DNA of 64,000 nucleotides from Candidatus Bathyarchaeota archaeon (GTDB lineage: Archaea; Thermoproteota; Bathyarchaeia; Bathyarchaeales; Bathycorpusculaceae): NCBI GenBank assembly GCA_963826715.1, contig CAWGYA010000006.1, positions 32,001 to 96,000 on the forward strand, in the 5' to 3' direction. Each line of letters opens with the position of its first letter. Position 1 is the stretch's first letter. The notes beneath the pieces were generated by a model. That model worked only from the letters and a program-made list of their open reading frames with translations, did not search any database and was not told where the DNA came from. Position numbers and translations under genes: made by a program. This document shows positions 1-7,462 of this stretch, piece by piece.

Positions 1-222
1 AAAAATTTCGATTACGTTCTATTTGCTTTGGGGGCATTGTTGATTGTTGTTGGAGTCTACTTAAGCACGTATACCACAATGGAAATGGTCAATTCATCTG
101 TTTCATTCTACAGCAGCCCAACGCCCCAAGAGGTTCATCCATATCAGGCGGCAGGCATCTTTTGCATAATCTCAGCACTTTCTTCCGTTGCAATGGCATT
201 CTATGATATCTACCAAAAATAA
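1..222 (+). CDS. small membrane protein (probably 5'-truncated by the window edge)
   Basis: Frame is open from position 1; two hydrophobic segments. Confidence 0.55.
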   Translation, partial: KNFDYVLFALGALLIVVGVYLSTYTTMEMVNSSVSFYSSPTPQEVHPYQAAGIFCIISALSSVAMAFYDIYQK

Positions 223-246
223 GGGCGTTGTTGCAAAAGAAATTGG

Positions 247-423
247 AACCAACAACACGTTACCCTATTAAAAATTAGTGAAGAACCACCATTAGACCTT
301 TTTACTGAATCCTTACCTGTATTGAACAGGATGGGCGTGAAACATGGCTGTCCTTGGGCAGGGATAATGGGCAACCATGCTTCCGCTCACCAACCATAAC
401 AATGTTATATCAACATATTAGCT
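247..423 (-). ncRNA. candidate structured ncRNA, unassigned
   Basis: Minus strand: 11-bp stem AAGCAUGGUUG/CAGCCAUGUUU extended by GGUGAGCG/CGCCCAUC; CCUGU/ACAGG hairpin; terminal pairing; TTTAACC box at 442-448. Confidence 0.5.
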
Positions 424-736
424 TTGCCCCTTACAATTACGGGTTAAACTCCAAAAATTGAATAAAAAATGTAAAAAAATCATTCTGTATTACTTAAAAC
501 TTGCATTCCTAGTTGGCATCGCATTGATAATATAACCATAATTAAAAGTAAATTCAATTAAAAAAAGAAAAAGAAGAAGCAACCCCCCACCAAGTCATTT
601 CTTCTATTGAAGAAAAATAAATCTCTTACAAATACAGCTACGCCACCATCAATTTATAAGATCATATTTTCTAGAAAAGTTTTCCTGAGTATTAATTACT
701 GACATATCTGTAAGGTATCAAGGAGAAAAACCAAAA

Positions 737-934
737 TTGACAGGCGAATTTGAGAAACAAGTTAAAAAGTTAAATCTTGACCCTAAATTCGAAAAAACAC
801 TAATAGACATGTTCAACAAAGCCTCCGGCGAAGACCCCTGCACTAAATGCGAATCAAAAGGCGGCTGCGAGAATTTTAAATGGCACAAAAAATATCTTAA
901 CACCGACAGCTGCAACTGCAATTGCTCTCCCTAA
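737..934 (+). CDS. small Cys-rich protein (CxxC, C, CNCNC)
   Basis: 65-aa ORF, TTG start after AAGGAG, TTTATAAG box at 653-660. Confidence 0.6.
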   Translation: MTGEFEKQVKKLNLDPKFEKTLIDMFNKASGEDPCTKCESKGGCENFKWHKKYLNTDSCNCNCSP

Positions 935-1213
935 ACCCTTTTTAATTTTAGGCTACAAAAACTCTTGAATAGTTCTAAGGAGCATCCCTTTCAAGTCTTC
1001 AAAAATACAAATATCAAAATAACAAGATGGCACAGCAAGAATCTTCAAAATTATTGAAGAAAACTCATTAAAAAGACAGTTTCACATGCTTTAACAAACA
1101 CTTCTTTTATATTCCACAAATTTACTGGTATTATAATGGAAAACAAGAACCCAAGATAAGAGCACACTTAAATGGGTTAAACAATAAGCAACAGAGCATT
1201 TTGCGGTGAGGAG

Positions 1214-2224
1214 CTGAAAAATACGCCTAAAATAATTGAAGTTAAAGACCTTGTTTTAGTTTACTCCGATGGAACAAAAGCAGTTAACGACATTTCATTT
1301 GATGTACAAGAAGGCGAATTCTTCGGTTTCCTCGGTCCAAACGGCGCTGGAAAAAGCACCACCATCAAAATATTAACAACCCTACTCAAAAAAACCTCAG
1401 GAACCGTAACAATTGCAGGGTATGACCTCGATAAAAATCCATCAGATATCCGCAAAATAATAGGCGTTCAAAGCCAAGAAACCACCTTAGATGGAGATCT
1501 TACAGGCAGAGAAAATATTGAGTTACAAGGGCACTTCCAGCAAATGAAAACAAGCGAAATCAAACAACGAGCAAACGAACTAATGAACCTAGTCGGACTG
1601 GAATCCGCAGCTAATAGACGCGCCAGAAACTATTCTGGAGGCATGAAAAAAAGGCTCGATTTAGCTACTGCCCTAGTTCACAAACCTAAACTACTCTTCT
1701 TGGATGAACCAACAACAGGTTTAGATCCCCAATCACGCGCAACCATTTGGACTTACTTAGACAAACTAAACAAGGAAGAGGGAATAACAATTTTTTTGAC
1801 TACCCAATACCTTGAAGAAGCAGACAAACTATGCAAACGACTTTCCATAATCGACTATGGCAAAATAGTAGCCAGCGGCTCTCCTGCCGAGCTTAAAAAC
1901 CAAATTGGAGCAGATTCCATTCGCCTTTCCCTAGAAAACTGCAAAAAAGACAATGCTAAAACAAAAGAAATCATCAAGAGTATGAACGGCGTAACTGACG
2001 TCTTAGACTCAGAGGAATGTTTAACTATTTACGCAAAGAACGCAGGCCAATTAGTCGCAGATATTGTACGAGCACTGGACAGCAGCGATATCCGACTCAA
2101 ATCAGTCACATTCTCTTCGCCGTCCCTTGATGACGTTTTCATGAAACATACTGGCAGGCGCATAAGAGCAGAAGAACACGTTAAAGCTCCAAGCGCTACA
2201 TCTGGAGGATTTGGGAGGAGATAA
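1214..2224 (+). CDS. ABC exporter ATP-binding protein (DrrA-like), probable CTG start
   Basis: Walker A GPNGAGKS lies upstream of the track's 1544 start in the same open frame; YSGGM signature and LFLDEPT Walker B; CTG at 1214 follows GGTGAGG. Confidence 0.9.
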   Translation: MKNTPKIIEVKDLVLVYSDGTKAVNDISFDVQEGEFFGFLGPNGAGKSTTIKILTTLLKKTSGTVTIAGYDLDKNPSDIRKIIGVQSQETTLDGDLTGRENIELQGHFQQMKTSEIKQRANELMNLVGLESAANRRARNYSGGMKKRLDLATALVHKPKLLFLDEPTTGLDPQSRATIWTYLDKLNKEEGITIFLTTQYLEEADKLCKRLSIIDYGKIVASGSPAELKNQIGADSIRLSLENCKKDNAKTKEIIKSMNGVTDVLDSEECLTIYAKNAGQLVADIVRALDSSDIRLKSVTFSSPSLDDVFMKHTGRRIRAEEHVKAPSATSGGFGRR

Positions 2225-2226
2225 AA

Positions 2227-3000
2227 ATGACCTTACTTTCTGACACAAGATACATTTTCATAAGGTACATGAAAAAACTCATCCGAACCCCTATCCTGCT
2301 TTTCTTTTCACTCTTTCAACCTATCCTATTTCTAGTGCTTTTCACACAACTACTCACAAGACTTAGTAATTTCCCAGGCATATTGCCCCCCGGAGTTAGC
2401 TATTTAGAGTTTGCAACAGCAGGAATTTTGATGCAAAACGCATTTGGAAGCGCATTACAATCAGGAAACTCCATAGTCGCCGATATTGATACGGGCTATC
2501 TACAAAAAATGCTCGTGACACCATTGAGCCGCCCAGCAATTCTTTTAGGACGACTAAGCAGCGATGCCTTCAGAGTAGTCGTACAATCAGCCATAATCTT
2601 GGGACTATCATACGCGTTAGGTGCCTATGTCACAACCGGCATTCTCGGAATTCTGGGAATATTCTTCACTCTTGCATTCTTTGGACTTGCTTGGTCAGGA
2701 ATTTCCCTATTTTTGGGTATGAAAACAAGAAGTTCTGAAACAGTTTTCGCAATAGGCGGAATCTTAACCTTTCCATTGCTTTTCTTGAGCCCTGCATTAT
2801 TTCCAATTGACTTCCTACCTGAATGGGTTAGAACCGTCTCCATGTTTAACCCTGTAAGCTACGCGGTGAACGCTAGCAGGGCATTCATGATTACCGGCTA
2901 CGATTGGGGGACGATACTTCCAGCTTGGGGAGTAATCGGGCTTGTCGCCTTGATAACGCTGAGCGCCACATTATACCAATTCAGAAAAGTAGTCAGCTAA
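2227..3000 (+). CDS. ABC-2 type permease (DrrB-like)
   Basis: Six hydrophobic segments, NPVSYAVNASR motif, adjacent to the ATPase. Confidence 0.9.
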   Translation: MTLLSDTRYIFIRYMKKLIRTPILLFFSLFQPILFLVLFTQLLTRLSNFPGILPPGVSYLEFATAGILMQNAFGSALQSGNSIVADIDTGYLQKMLVTPLSRPAILLGRLSSDAFRVVVQSAIILGLSYALGAYVTTGILGILGIFFTLAFFGLAWSGISLFLGMKTRSSETVFAIGGILTFPLLFLSPALFPIDFLPEWVRTVSMFNPVSYAVNASRAFMITGYDWGTILPAWGVIGLVALITLSATLYQFRKVVS

Positions 3001-3373
3001 AAGAAACAAGAAACGCTGATTGAATGCATGCGAAGACAATAACTCGAGTAGCCAATTGATACCCTAAGAAAAACTCTAATAATCCAGTCGGTTCCTTAAA
3101 ATGCCACCAACAAAGCTGAAAAAATCCTAAAAAACAAAACGCACATACACAAACGAAAACGCTTTTCTAAAAAACTATGAAAAATTGCGTTGTTCATAGC
3201 AAATTAACACATTTATGTCAAAAACCAAAATCGAACAACTGAACTCTTGGACAAAATTGACCACACACACCACACAAATGTCTCAAAAATTTAAATCAAA
3301 GCCCATATATGTAAGGCAATTGACCATTTTTTGCACAAAACCACCTATATTTCGCCACTGTACATTATATATT

Positions 3374-3592
3374 GTAGGCCGGGAAGTACGCTTTAAATGC
3401 GATGCACCAAGGCAAAGAGTGAATCGATCAAAACAGCGAAAAATCGATTCGCGACTAAAAATCTGCTTTGATGGGCTGAAACAGCACGTTGCAGTAAGGC
3501 TTGAGCGACAGGGTCAAAACGGTGAAAGACCCCGAAGCGGCAAAGAAAAGTCTTAATGGACCGCACAACACTAAGGCTTAGACCCGGCCTGC
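3374..3592 (+). ncRNA. novel structured ncRNA candidate, copy 1 (homolog at 36430-36659)
   Basis: 10-bp terminal stem GUAGGCCGGG/CCCGGCCUGC; two stem-loop/pseudoknot modules; covariation with copy 2; CTATATTT box at 3345-3352. Confidence 0.8.
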
Positions 3593-3612
3593 TCTTCTAA
3601 TTATTTTACCTA

Positions 3613-4146
3613 TCAACCAAATTTTTTAACGATCTCTTTAATAACATTAAAGTTCCGTGTAGTTGCCTTCAATCCCAGCGTCTTCTCCAAAAAAGGGTTA
3701 GGTAAGGCACCTTCACCTCCACCATGAGTAACACTGAACACCTCTGAGGTTTCATACGAGATTATTTCAGCTGTAGATCTTGGAATAATTCGGGGAAGCG
3801 AAAGCGGAAAAATATTTGGCATAGAGTCAGTGAAGGTTACCAGAAAACTTGAACCCTCACTCTGTTGACCTTGAAATGGGTTTAATTCAATGATAAATTT
3901 TAACCGAGATATGGTTCTAAGAAAAATAGGAACATCATAACCCAAGATTTTTTTAAGGCAGCACTCAATTTCAGCTTTAATCACCCAGCTGTTTTCTACT
4001 TGAGTTTTAAAAATTACATTCCCGCTTTGCTTATAGGTTGAAACTTCAAGGTACCCCAAACTTTGGAAAGCTTTTTTCAGTATATCTTTAGTTACGATGT
4101 GTCCGCCGACATTGATTCCACGCAAAAAAGCTATGTAACAGGTCAT
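3613..4146 (-). CDS. DUF1697 family protein
   Basis: YIAFLRGINVGG, TYKQSGNVIF and C-terminal TTRN motifs. Confidence 0.85.
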   Translation of the reverse strand: MTCYIAFLRGINVGGHIVTKDILKKAFQSLGYLEVSTYKQSGNVIFKTQVENSWVIKAEIECCLKKILGYDVPIFLRTISRLKFIIELNPFQGQQSEGSSFLVTFTDSMPNIFPLSLPRIIPRSTAEIISYETSEVFSVTHGGGEGALPNPFLEKTLGLKATTRNFNVIKEIVKKFG

Positions 4147-4373
4147 AAAGAAAGCTTTAGCATTATATAGTAATAAAACTGCCTCAAAACTTCAAAAAAA
4201 AGTTGCCGCAAACATAATCAATGAACTATAACCCCAGAAACCCTTCAATGAACAATACATAATTCTTCGAAGAAAAAAGAAAAACAGAAAGCTAAAATTC
4301 AGACGAATTTATTGTAAGTTTTTTGGCTGCTTCTTTGGCAATGACTAAAATCATTTTACAAATCCTTAATCGT

Positions 4374-4469
4374 TTAAGGAGTTATTTCCTCAGAGTCTTT
4401 TTTGGCTTCCTTAGCAGTTTTTTCCTTACCACCATAGTAATAGTTCATTTTCTTTTTATCCTCAGTCAA
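4374..4469 (-). CDS. small 31-aa ORF (MTEDKKKMNYYYGGKEKTAKEAKKDSEEITP)
   Basis: TTG start preceded by an AGGTGAAG Shine-Dalgarno-like sequence; too short for the ORF track. Confidence 0.4.
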   Translation of the reverse strand: MTEDKKKMNYYYGGKEKTAKEAKKDSEEITP

Positions 4470-4547
4470 ACAACTTCACCTTTAATTTAATGCAGAATAC
4501 TTCCGCTAATTAAGATATGTGACTACATCAAGCTACCAATAACTTCC

Positions 4548-5291
4548 CTACATAATCGTATAACCGCCATCAGACACAATAGTTTGCCCAGTGATGAAAC
4601 TCGCTTGAGCACTAACCAAAAACAGAACCAACGAAGCAATATCCGATGGATTACCCATCCGCCCAAGCGGAATCCCCCTAACTATTTGACTATACATTGC
4701 TTGATTTGCTTCAACTCCACTAACGTCAATAGGACCAGGAGCAACTGCATTAACGTTGATACTATGCGGCGCCATCTCAAGGGCCAATGCACGAGTGAAA
4801 CCTGATATGGCTGCTTTGCTTGAGGAGTAGTGAACTAAACTGGGGAAGGCAACGAAGGGGCCTGAGATAGAGGATAAATTCACGATTTTGCCGTATTTGC
4901 GCTCAACCATTCCAGGTAGGAAAGCTTTAGTGCAGTTAAATACTCCATAGAGGTTGATTTGGATAACCCGGTCCCAGTCATCTGTGGTCATTTCAAGAAA
5001 AGGCTTCTGGGGGTAAATTCCTGCATTATTTACCAAAACATCGATTTTCCCGAATTTCAGGTAGGCTTGGTTTTTTGCGTCCTCTACTTCGGCAACCTTT
5101 GTTACATCACATTTTATGGCGGAAACTTTTACGTTTAATGCTTCAACCGTTTTTGCTGTTTCAAAAATTGAGTCAGCAACATCGGTAACAACAATGTCCG
5201 CACCTGCCTTGGCAAGTGTGAGAGCAATTTCTTTTCCTATGCCATGCCCGGCGCCAGTAACAAGGGCGACTTTATCTGTTAAATCCAACAT
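4548..5291 (-). CDS. short-chain dehydrogenase/reductase (FabG-like)
   Basis: TGAGHGIG, NNAG and YSSSK motifs. Confidence 0.92.
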   Translation of the reverse strand: MLDLTDKVALVTGAGHGIGKEIALTLAKAGADIVVTDVADSIFETAKTVEALNVKVSAIKCDVTKVAEVEDAKNQAYLKFGKIDVLVNNAGIYPQKPFLEMTTDDWDRVIQINLYGVFNCTKAFLPGMVERKYGKIVNLSSISGPFVAFPSLVHYSSSKAAISGFTRALALEMAPHSINVNAVAPGPIDVSGVEANQAMYSQIVRGIPLGRMGNPSDIASLVLFLVSAQASFITGQTIVSDGGYTIM

Positions 5292-5354
5292 AAAAATACC
5301 TCAAAAGAAAATAAAAAGAACTAACTATTTTAGCTTTGCCACAAACAGCTTACG

Positions 5355-5591
5355 CTAAATTAAATTACCCACAACTTTCATGCGTTCCAGGACTTCTTCG
5401 CTATGCGGCGCGATCTCTATTATCTCAGTTAGATCTTCGCCCGCCATATGTCCAAGGTGCTCACCATCGCCCCATTGCAAAGAATCAGTTACATCGTATA
5501 CCTTACCTTTGAAGCCCACATAGGCCGGTTTACCGTTTTTTCCATTGAACTGAGCTAACTCAGCCTCTGAAAAAGTCTTATTTTCAACCAT
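5355..5591 (-). CDS. cytochrome b5-like heme/steroid-binding protein
   Basis: ELAQFNGKNGKPAYV..GKVYDVT..H..H.AG.DLT..APH pattern. Confidence 0.85.
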   Translation of the reverse strand: MVENKTFSEAELAQFNGKNGKPAYVGFKGKVYDVTDSLQWGDGEHLGHMAGEDLTEIIEIAPHSEEVLERMKVVGNLI

Positions 5592-5747
5592 TTTATAATC
5601 TCCCAATTAATTGTATGAGAACTTTTGGGTGTAATAAAACCTTCTGTAATTGAACAGGGCGTCAAAAATATCTTGATTCAAGTCCATCTTGTAAAAGAAA
5701 AATCTTTTTACATCCGAAAGCCTACTGGAATTTGGAGAATACCACTT

Positions 5748-6458
5748 TTGTCAAGCGCCCCATCTGAATCAACGCATGATACTTCAATCAATGTCATCAA
5801 GAATGGACCATACCTCGTAAAAGGAAATGTACCCCTCTATGAAATGATCATCAAATGCGGTGAAGGAAATATCCCCTCAGAATGGAAAATTGGCAAAAGG
5901 TTCAACACCTCCAAAACCTATACTCTATGCAGATGCGGCCACAGCAAAAACAAACCTTTCTGCGACGGTACTCACGCCAAAATCAATTTTGATGGAACAG
6001 AAACCAACCCAAACACCCCCTTTGACCAGATAGCAAAACAAATCGATGGCCCAAAACTGTTGCTAAAAGACGCAGAGGTTCTCTGTGCCTCCGCCCGCTT
6101 CTGCCACAGAGGGGGCGACATCTGGGATCAAATCCCCAAGTCAGATAACCCCCTTTTAAAGGAAAATAGCATTCGTAACGCTTCCGACTGCCCCTCAGGT
6201 CGTCTGGTTCTCATGGATAAAGAAACAGAAAAAATACTGGAACCGGTGCTTGAGAAATCAATCGGAGCCATATTGGATCCAAATGTTGGCACTGAAGGAC
6301 CGCTATGGGTTAGAGGCGGAATTCCAGTTTTCTCCGCTGATGGGAAACCCTATCAGGTTCGCAACCGCATAACACTATGTCGTTGCGGAAAATCAACTAA
6401 CAAACCATTTTGTGACAGTAGCCATTACCCAGAAGAGTACCAAGAGGTGAAACGATGA
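5748..6458 (+). CDS. CDGSH iron-sulfur domain protein (two CDGSH domains flanking a divergent 4Fe-4S domain)
   Basis: LCRCGHSKNKPFCDGTH, LCRCGKSTNKPFCDSSH, C..ARFC and CPSGRL; TTG start after GGAG. Confidence 0.88.
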   Translation: MSSAPSESTHDTSINVIKNGPYLVKGNVPLYEMIIKCGEGNIPSEWKIGKRFNTSKTYTLCRCGHSKNKPFCDGTHAKINFDGTETNPNTPFDQIAKQIDGPKLLLKDAEVLCASARFCHRGGDIWDQIPKSDNPLLKENSIRNASDCPSGRLVLMDKETEKILEPVLEKSIGAILDPNVGTEGPLWVRGGIPVFSADGKPYQVRNRITLCRCGKSTNKPFCDSSHYPEEYQEVKR

Positions 6459-6775
6459 AACAAAACGAAAAAAACGAAGTTGAAATTGAAGAAAAATTGA
6501 AAAACAAAGACAAAGCCTACGTGCTATTCTATGCATCTTGGTGTCCTCATTCTCAGCGGTTTCTACCCATTTTTGAGGAGTATTCTAAAACAAATCCTGA
6601 TGAATGCATGAGCATTATGATTGATTCCAAACCTGATGTGTGCGACAGATATGATATAGAGTATTACCCCACCGTGCTGCTTTTTAGAAAAGGGAAAGTA
6701 CAAAAAAGGCTCGACGCAAAACCAGGAGTTGGATTAACTAAACAGCAACTCTATGAACTTACAGCTAACCCATAA
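6455..6775 (+). CDS. thioredoxin family protein (CPHS active site)
   Basis: FYASWCPHS and cis-Pro YPT motif; overlaps the upstream stop codon. Confidence 0.85.
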   Translation: MKQNEKNEVEIEEKLKNKDKAYVLFYASWCPHSQRFLPIFEEYSKTNPDECMSIMIDSKPDVCDRYDIEYYPTVLLFRKGKVQKRLDAKPGVGLTKQQLYELTANP

Positions 6776-6920
6776 ATGAGGTTTGCTTGAGTTCTTTTTC
6801 CAATTTTCTTTGGAATTAATTTTTACGCTATTTAAGTTAGGGCTTTGAAGATCCTCTTTTGGCGTTTCCTACAAGCTTTTTGTTTATTACATGGAGAAAT
6901 AAAAAAAGACCAAAGAAAAA

Positions 6921-7313
6921 TTAATGCATTAGCTCTGCTTCTGCGGGCAACGGAACTTTACTGTAGATTATATTGCTGATATGGTTAGTTTCTTCTTTTT
7001 GAGCATAACAGTTACAAAGCACTTTTTTTTCTGGTTCATCCACTTTCAATTTACATTCATGCAACATCTTAAAGGTCGTTAATTTAATAGCGTCAGCCAA
7101 GCGGAACCAAACGGTATATTGACCTTGCTCGTCCTTAACAATAGCAACTATATCCGATTGCATCTTGCCAGATTGATGAACATACTCTCTTATTGTTTGA
7201 TTATGCGGCACTAAAACCTTCAACTTCAAGGTGTTATACTTGCAGTTCCAACAGGTGTTTTCCGTGAATAGTTCCCCTCTCAGGTGCCCTTTAGGCTTCC
7301 AGTATAATAACAT
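6921..7313 (-). CDS. hypothetical protein with Cys motifs
   Basis: 130-aa ORF with CWNC and CNC. Confidence 0.6.
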   Translation of the reverse strand: MLLYWKPKGHLRGELFTENTCWNCKYNTLKLKVLVPHNQTIREYVHQSGKMQSDIVAIVKDEQGQYTVWFRLADAIKLTTFKMLHECKLKVDEPEKKVLCNCYAQKEETNHISNIIYSKVPLPAEAELMH

Positions 7314-7462
7314 TTTTTGAGAACGCTAATTTGCTTGATTGTGAACCACATTTGACAAAACTTTAAACACCAAAAACCTTCTTCAAGCAAAACGTCTTAA
7401 CCTCGTCAAGCATGTAACTAATTTTCAACTTCAACCTAACAAACAATAAACGCCGAATACCC

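Noticed and set aside
3215-3556. 113-aa ORF in the track
   Set aside because: It overlaps the structured RNA and its promoter, has no recognisable motifs, and copy 2 differs by frame-breaking indels.
3374-3592. RNase P, SRP or glycine/c-di-AMP riboswitch identity for the novel RNA
   Set aside because: The 3' ACA..GGCUUA resembles RNase P CR-V, but no CR-I follows P3; there is no SRP S-domain motif and no riboswitch consensus recognisable by eye. An Rfam search is still needed.
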